64,000 nt of DNA from the human T2T-CHM13v2.0 reference genome, Homo sapiens. Numbering within the stretch: position 1 is the first letter of the stretch; each line of letters opens with the position of its first letter. A program made the position numbers and the translations under genes. The notes under the pieces are model-generated. The model saw only the letters and a program-made list of their open reading frames with translations, ran no database searches and was not told where the DNA came from. The stretch lies in the NCBI RefSeq assembly GCF_009914755.1, contig NC_060929.1; one strand, 5' to 3'. Shown here one piece after another: positions 16,546 to 33,625 of the stretch.

Positions 16546-17503
16546 TCAAACCAAGTTATTTTTCACTTTAAGGATAGAGAATGTAGATATCCAGGGTAAG
16601 GGCCTTTATCTGTCTCTGCAGTCAGGGCTAGAGGAGTCTGTGTTTACCCCTGCGGGAGGAGTGCCAGTCACAGCTCGTTGCTAAGTTTTCCATCAGGCAG
16701 CAGTTGAGCAGGAACGCAAGCAGGGACTGGTGGGACCTGGGTTGGGACTGAAGCTTCTGTTGGGGAAGGAAGTGCCCCAAGCAACCCAGAGTGTCTGATG
16801 CTGGGGTCCTCATCCCTGAGACCTACTGCAGGGGTCAGATCTCAGTCTCCATGGGCATGGCCCTTCATATATAGCCCTCAGGGCCAAGACCTCAGAGAGA
16901 AGAGGCCCTGCGTGTGAGGAAACCCGGCAGCCTCCTGCCCTGAGGCTAAAGGAGCAGGAAGGGCAACAAATGCTCTGCTCTGGAGAGGGCCTAAGTTCAT
17001 CTGCAGGGCCACAGGGCAAGCAGCAGAGGCAATCCTGGCTCGTGGCCAGGGGCTAAGCATGGGCTGGCCTTTGCCTCAAGCATGTCCTCTTCTCCCATGG
17101 AGCATCATTAGGGTCTTGACCTTCCCATCAGTCCATGGGCTGGGAAAACTGAGGCAGTCACCTCTAAGCTGGATACCACTTCTGCCAGGTCTTGTGCTCC
17201 AGAGGCCCTGGGGGAACCTTGTGTGTTAAGGACCAGCCTTCTTTGCAGGCCACCAGTGATCTAAGACAGGGCTGCTGCCACACCGTAGATCCTCCTGTCC
17301 TCTTCTGCAGCTGGGCTGCCTCCTCTAGGAACCCTAGTGGAGCTGCTGGTAGCCCACTGGTAGTGGAGTTGATGGAGCCTCCAGCAAAGGGCCTGGACCT
17401 CTGGTGGCACTAGCCTTGTGCTTTCCTGGGAACTGGGGTCAGGGCCTGAACAGCAGTAGGACTTACTGATTCCCCACCCATAACCCAGAGGCGAGCCAGG
17501 TTA

Positions 17504-17518
17504 TGTGGCGAAGGATAA
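17504..17518 (+). promoter_or_regulatory. Intron-1 near-RUNX site (TGTGGC; C allele) next to GATAA
   Basis: ccaggttaTGTGGCgaaggataag; C17509>T would give RUNX consensus TGTGGT. Context matches my recollection of rs3792876. Confidence 0.65.
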
Positions 17519-18889
17519 GGCCTCTTCCCCTGCTAACGGGGAACTTCTGGGAGGCACTGAGAGCAGCAAGCAAGGGAATAATGAAACAGACTAACCCTCA
17601 CATGCGGCTGCCACTATGTGGGACTTCACATAGCGGCTCTCAAGGATGCACCTCCCCTGGGGTCTGGGTAGGCCCCGACAAAAGGGGAAAACCTTCCGTG
17701 ATAGGCAGGTTTGTGGAGTTTCTATCAGGCCTGCAGGCTGCCCTGGGACATTGCTCACGGGTGTGGAGACTGTCAAGATAGCCTGAATATTAACCAAGTT
17801 GATCATCCAAGTCCATACTCAGACCTGCCCTCTGGCAGATTCCAAAGGGGATAAGGTGTGGGGGCCTCTGGCTCCAGCCAGCCCGGCGAGACTTCTATTT
17901 CCAGTCAATGCTTCAGAAAGTAGATCTTGCCAGAGAGCACATAGAGGAGACTCAGGGGCTTCCCCTTGCTCTGGCCTGAATGTGCTTCCCTGTTTGTTTA
18001 TCAGCTGCCTCACCCCAAACTGTTTGCCTCTCTGCTGTGTTCCTCTGACAACAGCCACCAGGATCTCAGAATATGCTTTTGTTCAGAGGCTGCTTCACCT
18101 GCACCTCCTGCCAAGTTTCTGGATAAACAGACTTTGTCCATCCCTCTTGGTGGGCAGCAGAACTCTCAGACAGAGTCCAAGGTGGCATTTTGACAAAAAC
18201 AAGGCTTTGACAGGACTGGTCAGGGGGAGCTGCAGGTACCTTGGGCCTCTAGAAGGACTGTAATTCCTCCCTTATGGCAGGCTGCATTCAATTTAGGTGT
18301 AAGACTAATACAGGTGTGCCTTGTTTTCTAAAGCTGTGTTGTGGTTTTATGCATGTCTCTGGAGTCCAAAAGAAAGGCAAGGATCCCCATTTGGAATGAA
18401 GAAGGTGTGGAGAGAATGGACGTTCTGGGGAAAGGCTGGAATGACCCACATGCTCTAGCAAGAAGCACAGACAGTCCAAGGCTGGTGGCTCCTGCTCAGC
18501 ATTTGCAAGACTGGAGGGCAGGTTCAGGCGGCAACTTCCAGAGCTTCCCCTCAGTGCTTGGTGACTGGCACAGACACGATGCCATTTGCTCATGTTCCCC
18601 TAATACAGACTGGTAGAGCTGTGGTGGATCCATTGTCAGGATGCAAGGGGCACAGCCAGGTCCCTGAGTGACCCTTCTCCTTCCCACAGCCCCTCCACTC
18701 CCATCCCTATCTTCCCACTCACACTCACTGGTTCTTCTGCTTTGGTTTAGCCTCCAATGATCACAGAACTCATCAGTGAGGCTTTTCCATCTGTGGTAGC
18801 TTTTCTAATATAAAGAAAGAAAGATACTGAGAACATTTTAAGGCTTAGCAGCCTTCTGGCTTAGTTGTTTGTAAATGAAAATATGAGTA

Positions 18890-23030
<4,141 letters not shown>

Positions 23031-24260
23031 GTAATTAACTAGCCATGTTTGTTTTTGTTTTTCTTTGTTTTGTTTTTTCATATTGTCAAGGAATTCCCAG
23101 CTTTAAGTCACAATCAAGTGACAAAGATAGAACTGGGGTGGATGTATAGTCCATTATTAACTACTACTTCTTACTTTTCTCTAGAATAAAGGATAACTAT
23201 GAGAGGATACTATAGAAATCAATCTTTTATTCTTAAAAGGACCATTGCTAATTTTTCACTCACAGTCATCTCTGGGATTGAATTCCATTTATCAAATCCC
23301 TTTTATAAGAGCTTTTCTAGCTTTTAGTAATGGACTGGAATAATTTTTATTTCTTAGAATTTCTTTCTCTTAGTCAGATTTAAGTGTAACCTGCTTTGCT
23401 TATTCGTCCATGTGTTCCAAGTCATGATTTTGCTCAGGACAAATAAAATGCTCTACTAGTATGAGCCTGGTAGAAAGGGAACTACCATTTAATGAGGCCT
23501 GTAATGTGTCAGACGCTCCACTGATATTTCCCATCCAATGCACACAACAAACCTAGGAGCAGGTATTATTGTCATCTTTTTGAAGGTGAAGAAGCAGGCT
23601 AATAGAGGTGAATGGATTGCCCAACATCACACAGTCCAAAGTTGCAGACCCCGAGAAAGCCTGTGTTCTTTGCTGAACACCAGGCTACCTTCCAGCGTTC
23701 TCAGTTCCGTGCAGGTCAGACGGGGTTCACTTATCTTTATGGTCCTTTATAGCTCTGGTAAAAACTAAAACTGCCAGACTTTGGCTACTTGGAGAGTTAG
23801 TTCAAGGCTGAGGGTGATTTTCCAAGTGCAATGCGTGATACTCCTCAGCCCAAGAACCACATTTTCCAGGCTGATTTTCTATGACTCCTAATTAATTGTT
23901 CAATATTCATTCAACAATTTGTTAAGCACCCACTGTGTGCCTAGCACTGTGCAAACACTAGTCATCTAAAATATGATTATACGGATTATTCAGGTTTTAG
24001 AACTCTGTCCTTCTGCTGGAGGATGGTGAGGAGGGGGTGCCTCTTTCCTCTCTAGCCAAAGAGCAAGGGTGAAGTGGCCCAGAACAGCGCCCACCCCACC
24101 CAGGGCTGCTGGCCTCATGCATGCACATGTGCACATCTGTCCTGTAAAGTATGCTTGACCTTGAGCTTTGTGAGGGCAGGGACCATGTCTTTCTTGTGCC
24201 CTACACAGAGCCTGGCCTGGAGCAGGTAGGTGCTGAATGTCAGTTGAATCAATGATTAAG

Positions 24261-24263
<3 letters not shown>

Positions 24264-24301
<38 letters not shown>
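24264..24301. repeat. Isolated poly(T) tract (~38 nt)
   Basis: Directly visible; no adjacent Alu body. Confidence 0.95.
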
Positions 24302-24304
<3 letters not shown>

Positions 24305-25518
24305 AATTCACTAGGAGAACTTGGGCTGGTTGCTTTATTGCTCTGTGCCTTCATTTCCTCATTTGTAAAACAAGGATAAGAGTACCCATCTCACATGCCA
24401 ACCCTGAGATCCCCTGAGATAATACACGGCACTCAGTGAGCACTCCACACACTGTTACTGTCTTTCCCATTACTCCCTTTACTATAGGGAGCCATGGGAA
24501 GCGGCACATCCTTCTATGCCAAGAGTGACCTCCTATCCCCTATTACCTTGTCACCTGGATTTTTGTTTCTTAAATTAGAGCTGAAGGCCATGCGGCCCAG
24601 CTAAATGGAGCTCACTCTGCTCTGTTGTGAGAACCTTGGTCTGGGACCCTGCTGATGGGACAGACATAGTAACCCCGGGAGGCCCCATCAGAGGGGCAGG
24701 GAGAGGGGAGGTAAGCTATGTTTCAGAAATGTTAGGATTTGACTTGAAAGCACACCCCCAAAGCAATGCCAGCCAGCTCCTTACCAGGACATCTGCCATT
24801 AGCCTCTGAGCTGGTCATGTGTATGTATGTGTGTGTGCATGTATGTACAAACATGTGCAGGGACCCACAGGGACAGGTCTGTCCCATCAAGGAAAACACT
24901 GTCTCCCACTGGGCCCGCCATGTCACTGTTAACCACAGGGAGGTTTTGTGGCCCTGGCTAGCGGAGACCCAAGACATATCCCTCAAACCTGAAGGGCCCA
25001 GGGGCAGGCAGGGCCGGTTTCCTAAGAAAAGCCTTTTCTAAAGGACCCCTCTTAGGACTGGCAGCTGATTTACTGGACTCTAGCCCTTCGCTCCAGGTAG
25101 AACTTCATCTGCCAATCCTGTGTCCTAATACCAGGCCCCTCACAGCTTTCCAAAAAGACACTTGCGGCACCATAACTCCCCAAAGGAGAGCCCAGCCCTA
25201 GAATCAACCATGGGCAGCCATGCAGTCTAGCTGCCTTCCCCTGCTGGTTGTAAGCAGGGTCTCCAAAGGCAGATGGCACCCCTCATGGGCTTGGGGCAAA
25301 CGGCCACTGCGTGTGCATGGCTCTTCCTGTGCTGCATGATGCTGACAGGGCTTCTTGGGCCCCTCTTCAGGGAGGGAATGGGACCGAAAGCCATCGATGC
25401 AGAGCCTACAGGAAGGAGAATGATGGGAGATGGCCCTCACCTCACCCCCCTTCCCAGTGTCCCCATTCAGAACTCCTGCATCTGCTTCATTTCCTGGAGG
25501 CCAGGTTTGATCCCCTGC

Positions 25519-25680
25519 CAGGGCCAGCTTCATGGGCATGCAACTGTGCAGTCACACAGAGCGCCACACTTGGTTTCAATGCTTTGCCATTGCTGTATTG
25601 AAATTCTTAATAATTTTTGACCAAGGAGTTCTGCATTTTCAGTTTGCCCTGGACCTTGCAAATTAAGTAGCCAGTTCCCA
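25519..25680. mobile_element. hAT MITE (MER45A-like)
   Basis: cagggccagcttcatggg...gcaaattaagtagccagttcc, recalled consensus with TIR-like ends. Confidence 0.7.
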
Positions 25681-28052
25681 GTCCTACCCTTTGCTCATGC
25701 AATGCCTGGCTCCACATCTAACAGCCTTCCATTCCTTTCTATCTCTAAATCCTATCTATCCTGCCCTAAGGCAAAGTCCAGACAGAAAAATATTTGACAG
25801 ACTACAAAGGAGAGCACATTATATTTGAAAGAGCTTTTCTGCTCAACTGCAGATGGAATGATGATGGTTGGCATGTTAATGCCTCTACCAATCTTGAGTT
25901 CTTCTTGGCTCAGTCTGAGGCTAAAGGCTGTGATGGAGGCCTTCTACTCCTAGTCCTGGGTAATTGTCTCCTGGTATCACATTCCTTGAAGAAGTGTAGG
26001 GCATCATATTTAATAAGCTCATTTTGTCCTGCCTTAGGGAGTATAGGTCCAAAGCAGGACACTGGTACAAGATTGGGTTCTGAGGCCCAAGTAGGTATCT
26101 ATCATGCTCATTTACTTGCTATGACTTCAGACAAATCCCATTCTCACAGTCTCAGTTTAATCTTCTGCAAAATGGGTCACACCACATCATGAGGCTTTGG
26201 GCCTCAATTGCTCATCTCTCTAAGTCAGAAGCAGAACCCAAGCTTTTATCTGAAGCTTTGGACAATTATTTTTGGAGGGAGATGGCCATGAATGCAGGCA
26301 CACGTCCTGTTTACCACTTCCGGTCTATGGACTGGCAGAACACATTAATCTGGCCATACAGTTTTAGAGGATTCATTTCCCTTTCTCCTGAAGCCCATGC
26401 AAGAGCCCCAGGCGAGGCAATCCTGCTCTGGGTACAGTCTGAGATTTATCCTTGGATTGTGCCTGAGCAGCAGAGCGCTAACTTCCTGGCCCGAGTTGTT
26501 TTTCTTCTGCAGAGCTGTGTTGGGCGTTGCCTGTGGCCAGCATTTGAGCACTGTGACAGGCGGCCTCATGAATCTTGCTATTGTCTCTAGGACAGGACTA
26601 TTCTCGAGGACATTATCCTCAGCATCACAGAGTGGCTCCTTTGTGGAAGAAGTACATAGGAGACACTTCTTTCGGATCTCAGTATTCAGAACAACTGTGC
26701 TTCTGCGAATAAGCAGACTACTTCGGATACTGTAACCCTTCTGAGAGCTGAGCTGCTGGGATACGCAGAGCCAGTTTTGGAGCCCCGTCTGGCAAGCAGG
26801 CAGGCCCGTGGACAGGATAGTCTAGGGTCAGTCTTACCCCAGGCTTGGTTTTTGCAACTTCCCTCCTCTTTATTTTCCATTTTCCCCAATTCCCTTAGCT
26901 TTTTGTTTTACATTTTTCTCTTGTGTGTGTCTTTATAAACACCTCTGTCTGCTGCAGAATAAGGTGTGATATAAATATGTGAGTTTGTGCTTAAATCCAC
27001 CACACTTTCAAGGGAGTTGTGAGGATTCAGAAGGAATTGTTTGGCGAATGCAGTAAAAGCAGCCCCATCCAAGATGGAGCTAGGGCTGGGTGGGAGGCAG
27101 GGGTCTTTCCTCCAGACTGGATCATCTCGCCACAGACAGCAGCCCCCAAAACCCAAGCCCAAAGTGCTCATTGGCATCTGTTTGTTTATTTATTTGTTTT
27201 TAATAAATGAAAGGTCACTAAACACACTTTGAAATTTTTGTCACCTCCCTTGAGATGTTGCTTAATTGACTTAAGTCAAACTGAAACTCTGGCTGAAACT
27301 CATTTTGTAGATGCACTGGCAGGGACTTGTTAGGGCAGCAGCATCCCACAGACCCTAGGGAATGGGAGGGACCACACTTCTGGAAAGACTGGATGGGAAG
27401 GAGGGTGTAGGGATGTAGGAGGGGAGCTAGGGAGCCCTGGAGAGGAGTAAGTAGGCCCCAGAACGATGGGGCCCCGAATCAGGCCACAAGCTTGGCCTAG
27501 GCGTGAGTGGACCAGGGACCACATGATTTCTCAGAGGGGCCTGCTCAGAAAATAAAGTCACAGAGCTCCTGGAACCACTTGCACTTTTCAACAAGGGAAA
27601 AGAAATTTTACGCCTGGACCAAGTGGCCATGCCCTCTGCCCTGCCCTTTGGGCTTTTCAAACACCTCCCCTCCGCACTAGGCTGGCTTCTGAAGATGCAG
27701 TGCCACCTTTACTTTGGACTGCCTCACAGCTGAGGGGTCACCAGTCACAGCCATGGCCTTGGCTGGCTTCTTGCTATGTAATGCGAGCGGAGTAGGAGCA
27801 TCACCCTCCCTTTCCAAAGAGGATCCTGAGTTTCAGGGAGGGCAGTGACCTGCCCCAGGTTACTCTCCCCAGTCCCGGCACAGGCCAGTCAAACCCAGGG
27901 CTGCAAGGCCTATGCCCTTTGTACAAAGGCAATATCCTGGCCCAGGGGAGGAGAGTCTGCCCGCCAGCCGTGCTAATATTCCCTCAGAGCTGGGCTGGGG
28001 TTGAGGTCTGCCTCAGGGTTGGGCTCACGCTTCATGCTGTCTTCCTTGGCAG

Positions 28053-28156
28053 TGGAATCTGGTGTGTGAGGACAACTGGAAGGTGCCCCTCACCACCTCC
28101 CTGTTCTTCGTAGGCGTGCTCCTCGGCTCCTTCGTGTCCGGGCAGCTGTCAGACAG
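28053..28156 (+). CDS. SLC22A4: SLC22A4 exon 2
   Basis: ttggcag|TGGAAT; [35 protein letters not shown]; AG|gtaagc; 104 nt. Confidence 0.98.
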
Positions 28157-28947
28157 GTAAGCACATGGGAGGGGAGGAAGGTGGGATGGTGCCCCTTGTC
28201 AATCACTGCCTATCTTGGGGCTGGACTGAATTCAGGGTATTTCTACCCAGAGAAAGGGAGGACCCTCAGGCCACTGATTCAGTGATAGGAGGAGCCCCGA
28301 TGTCTCCTATTCACCCCGCCCTCAGTCCCCTTCACCTGGACACACTTTTGTTCCATTCTCCCAGCCTCATGCTCCCAGGGCTTTGGCCAGTGGTGGGGAG
28401 GGGCCACTGACCCCACTGGAAAGTGGGGTCCTCATACCACAGACTCCTTGACAAAACATGACGCTGCCATCACCACTGCCCTCCCTGCTCCACCACCACC
28501 TCAGGGGTAGGGGTGGATGGCACAGGATCTGTCTGCAAACAGCCAGCAGCCAGACAGTGAGCCCCAACTGTGCACACACTGCTGCTGTGGCTTGGACCCT
28601 GGGCCAGGCACTGGGGCCACAGAGCTGATGCTGGCTCTGACCCTCATAGAGCTTACAGGCCTGAGGAGGCAGCATCACAGCACCAGGAGACAGTATTCCA
28701 CAGGCCCCTGTATGTGCTGGGTGACCAGTGCAGGAAGGTGGGGGTACTAAATGGCAATGCTGGGGAAAGCCTCCCAGCCCAAGCCAACAGCCAGAGACAT
28801 GAGTTTGGAAAATGGGGCGGGAAAGGCTGTTCTGCTCACACCTGTGCTCCATTCTATCCACTGGTCACTACCAGAATGTGAAGATAATACTTAAAACAAC
28901 TTCAGTGTCACCAACAGACATTGCTGAAAGCTACACCTTCCCACAGA

Positions 28948-29109
28948 GCAGTGGTTTGCAATTTTTGTTGCACGCTACTCATCTGGGAAACTTTCCCAAA
29001 TCCTAATACCCAAACTGTATCCCAAAATCTTGGGAGGTGGGGTGCTGGCATCAGTATTTTTTCCAAGCTCTCCGGGTGATTCCAAGTGCAGCCAAGGTTA
29101 AAAACCACT
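28948..29109. mobile_element. MER5A-like hAT MITE
   Basis: cagtggtt...ggtgattccaagtgcagccaaggttaaaaaccact. Confidence 0.75.
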
Positions 29110-29505
29110 TGCAGAGTGACTCTTAGTTCTGGATTTACAGAATTTTCATGTTGCTGATTCAAGAAATATCTGCAATCTGTGCTGTACCCACTTTCCAGAA
29201 ATGTGCTGGTAGCATCTATCTGTGGCTCCTTCTAAAGAGCATATTTCCACAAGGTCCTTGCGTACACTGCTCCATGCTTTTGAGACATGGTGTCTCCACA
29301 GGAAGCTGAGAATCTCAAAAGATATCTCCTGAGCAGATGGATGCCTGAGACCTCACCAAGGAGGAAGATGGGAGGATGTGACAGAGAAAAAAGTCTGCCA
29401 GAGCCCTGAAAAAACACTAAGTCTGCATTGATGCCTGACTCAGGGCTTGCAACACACCTTGGCAACCTACACATCTCATGTTTTGTGTTATACTGCATTC
29501 TCTAG

Positions 29506-29660
29506 GTTTGGCAGGAAGAACGTTCTCTTCGCAACCATGGCTGTACAGACTGGCTTCAGCTTCCTGCAGATTTTCTCCATCAGCTGGGAGATGTTCACTG
29601 TGTTATTTGTCATCGTGGGCATGGGCCAGATCTCCAACTATGTGGTAGCCTTCATACTAG
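29506..29660 (+). CDS. SLC22A4: SLC22A4 exon 3
   Basis: tctctag|GTTTGGC; [17 protein letters not shown]...YVVAFILG (MFS motif A region); AG|gtagga; 155 nt. Confidence 0.98.
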
Positions 29661-32600
29661 GTAGGAATGGCTTCTGGGACATGGGGTGCTTCCCTCTAAC
29701 CCTCTGAAAGGCCCAGAAAGAGGAAATCATTGGGCCATTGGGCTGTGCTTCCAAAGCCTTTGGATATATGTGTCTTGGGAGGGAGCCGTAGCCACAGCTC
29801 TTGGAGCAAGTCAGGGGCAGGGCAGGCACTCGCAGGGAGCCACCTCTGTGCTGAGCCCTGAAATGTGGTGGAGAAGAAGAGCAGGAGCCATTAAGAACCA
29901 GCTGCACAACAGCTGAGACACATTCTCTGGAGCACAGGGCTTAAGAGAGGCACAGAGGAGGACAGTTTAGGGGAAGGGCAGCCTGAGGATGTCTTTGATC
30001 TGAGTTGTGTAGGCTTGAGACTTCTTCCTGGTTGCTTGTGAAGAGACTTAGGGTAGTCACTGTGGCCAGTACACAGGTGGGGAGGCTCATGTCAGACAGG
30101 GGGAGTTCAGTGCCAGCCCGCCATCACTGGGCCTATCTGGCCTCACCCTGAGTTAGAGCCCACCCCAGAGCCTATCAGCTAAGCACAGGACAAGCCTCCC
30201 CACACTGATAGCCCCATCTCCTGTCAGGCTGCATGAGGAAGACTCATCAGTTACAAGGTCATGAAGAGGTCCCTGGGGCCCTCAGCAGCTTTTCCTGGGA
30301 GGGAGTTAGGTGAGCTCCAGGCGAGTTGATGAGGGTCATCCACAGGAGTGAGAGAGTGTGTTCTCTTGAGCCCAGCGAATGGGCAAATGAGAGAAGCAGA
30401 GGTGAGGGGTATCCCTGGGACAGTAGACACCAGTTCCCATCATCTCTAGGGTGATAATATATTCTAGGTGGCTCAGTACCATCCCAATTTGTCCCTATTG
30501 TCACAGTGTCATTATTAATAATACTCCTTTAATAGAAGTCTAACGATTCTTCTTGCCTCAAAAGTCCGAATCTGGTTAGGTGACTCTGATTGCTTTTTAA
30601 GAGTCTGAAGGACTCGTTGGCTTTGGAGATGCTGCACTGTCTTAATTGATGGTGTGTACACCTTCTGTCAAGTTGCCAGGATGGAAATATTCCAACTCTA
30701 CTCCTTTAATTATTTGCGAAGAGCCCCGTGCCATGGGCTCAGCCTCAGTGTCTGCAGAGGGGAGAAGGGAGGAGACAAGGTGGGAAGAACATGCTGGAGC
30801 CACATGGTCCCAGCAGGTAGCACACTCTTCAGCAGGCCCCAGCGGGAGGAGGCTGCTCCCCTTCCTGCAGGGGGAAGGAGCGGGGCAAGATTTTCTTGAA
30901 GATCATTTGTGTAGAGGGCACAGGGAGCTTCAGGCCAGTGTTGTTGGAAACTGGAGGTTGGAGGAACTTAAGATAGAAATTGCAACCTCCTAGTCCCCAG
31001 TGGCTCCAAGAACACAAGGCAAAGCCTATTGTCTTCATGTTCAAAGTCCCCAGAATCCATCTTCCATGTGACGATCCTCCCTAAGCCTGAAAAACCCAAC
31101 ATGTGGCTCTGCTTGGGCCAGACACATACCAAAAGCCAAACAGGCCTCCCCAAAACGGAGGACTCTGACCAGCAGGCCCATATCCCAGGAGGACCTGAAG
31201 GACCATCTGGAACAGAAGGGTAGAGAGTCACGGTGAAGCCAGAGAAGCTCTCTCCGTGGGAATGGGAACAAGGTGGGACTTGTGCCAGGTGGTGGCATCC
31301 CCGGTTCTATAGAATGGGCAGCACTGAGATCTGCCTTTTTAGTGGCACAGGGTGATTCTGGAGCCTCCAAGCCTCCCCTGTGTGAGCGGGTGAGGCAGGG
31401 AGAGCATACCCCAGGCTTCCTACAGGAAAGGGCTGCCCTCCCCCGCCGGCTCTGACACTATCATCTACTCTCCTCCCAGTTCCCATGCAGCATGTGGTCC
31501 CACATGCAGGGTGAAGAAGGGTAAGAGGGCCAAGGGGAAAGTAAGGCCATGGAAGATCAGTCAAGCCAGCCAGTCAGTAGGTAAGACCCTGGGTGCAGCA
31601 GCCTCGCTATCAGCTGGGATCCAGGCCTCTCAGGGCTTGCTATCAGCCTGGGGCCAGGCCTGTTATAGGGTGCTCTGGGAGCCTCTTCATGGTAGTTTTA
31701 CTCCATTGTGCTCTGCAGGAAATTACTGGCTTTTGTATCCTGGTATGAGACTCGTTGTGTTGGGTTCTCAGGTCTGAAAGTTTAAGTGTCCCTGAAAACC
31801 AGCCTGCTCTGGAATGGCTGGACGCCCCAGTCAGCACCTGGGGTTGGGGGACACAGTACAAAGGCAAGGTGGCTGCTAGCTTCCCTACAGTGCAGCAGTG
31901 CTCTCTGGTGTTTCTGGGATAAAATAGCTGAATTCCAGGTTGTATTTGACTAAAATAAACCAAAGGGTGTGGTCTGGGCTGAGGAGTTTGGTAGGTGCCT
32001 TCGCTTCCACCCTCTGGCCCTAAGGAAGGGTTGGCAAAGCTCTGCATGATAATTTCACATTAACTTGGGAAGCCAAATTACTCCCACTGTCAAAGTAGTG
32101 CAGAAATGAGTCCTTGTTTTGTGCTGCTTTTAAAAAATGATCAAGGCTGCCACAGTCGTAGCAGACTAGAAAAGAGAAAGAAAGAACAGTGCTACCCTAC
32201 ACAGCATAAAGCAGACATGCCTGGAAGTGATGGTGTTGCCGGAATGATGCTGGTTTAGGAGGAAATGACCACTCGGGACCAAGGACACTAACCCTACCCA
32301 CGTTCCAGCTCCCCTCACAATCTCCTACTGTTGCCCAGAAATAATGCCCTCCACCTGTCAATAGCCTTCTGGGTAGAATGCCATCAGTATCCTCTCTTAT
32401 CCCCCATAACTAGCTGCTTAAACACAAAAAGTGTTTCTGTATTTAATAACACAGAAAAAACTCTTGACTGATTCATTAATTCAGTATTTTTCAGTACTTC
32501 TAACATCAACCTCCATGTGACATTTCTTTGGGCATGCTGAACCATTTAAAGCTTTGCTTCCTCTGATGTCTAGAGGTTCCTCCTTTTGATAGGTGTGTAA

Positions 32601-32699
32601 GTGATGGCATCTTCCTTTACAACTCTGGCTACCAGGAAGCTCAGGCAAATTTGAAATTTAACTACATCAATGATGCAGCTTTTACCAGCCACATATATA

Positions 32700-33625
32700 T
32701 ATATTTTTTACTGTTTTTAAATTGAACAGTTGAAATATAATTTTGTCTTCGCCTGTTTAGGATGCCGTAACAAAATCCTATAGGCTGGGTGGTTTAAACA
32801 ACCAAAATTTATTTTCCACAGTTGTGGAGGGTAGAAGTCCAAGATCAAAGTGCCAGCAGGGTTGGTGTCTGGTGAGGGTTCTCCCATTGGGTTGCAGATG
32901 GCTGCCTTCTCCCTAAGTCCTCACATGGTCTTTCCTCTGCGCAAGTGCTCAGAAAGAGGGAAAGCAAGAAAGAGAGAGTGAGCCATAGAGAGCTCACTCT
33001 CTGGTGTCTCTTCTTGTAAGAACACTAATCCTATACCCTATCAGGTCAGGGGATCAATGTATGAATAATAGAGGGACACAAACATTCAGTCCATGACAGA
33101 TTTGCATACCATGATATTCACACTTTTAAAGTGTATAATTCAGTGGTGTTTAGCATATTCACAAAGTTGTACAGCCATCAACACTATCTAACTCCTCATC
33201 ACCCTGAAAAGAAACCCTATACGAATTAGCAGTCATTTCCCTCTTCCCCTCGCCCCTGGCAACCACTAATTTACTTTCTGCCTTTAATGGATTTCCCTAT
33301 TCCGCACATTTGATATAAACAGAATCATATATTATGTGGCCTTTGTGACTGACTCCACTTGTTTTCAAGGTTGATCCATGTTGTAACATGAATTAGTATT
33401 CCACTGGATGAAGACAACACATTTCGGTCATCCATTCATCAGTCATTGAACACCTGGGTGTTTCTACTTTGGGGCTGTTATGAATAATGCTATGAACATT
33501 GGAGAATAAGTATTTTTGTGGATATATGTTTTTAATTCTCTTGGGTATAAGGTAGGACCTCTGCTGGGTCCTATGGTGATTCTATATTTAACCTTTTGAG
33601 GAACTGCCAAACTGTTTTCAAAATA
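32700..33625 (-). mobile_element. L1M 3' fragment with inserted MaLR LTR (MLT1/MST-like, ~32744-33098)
   Basis: gtaacaaaa...ctgggtggtttaaacaac...gggacacaaacattcagtccatgaca inside L1-type ttcacacttttaaagtgtataattcagtgg. Confidence 0.8.
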
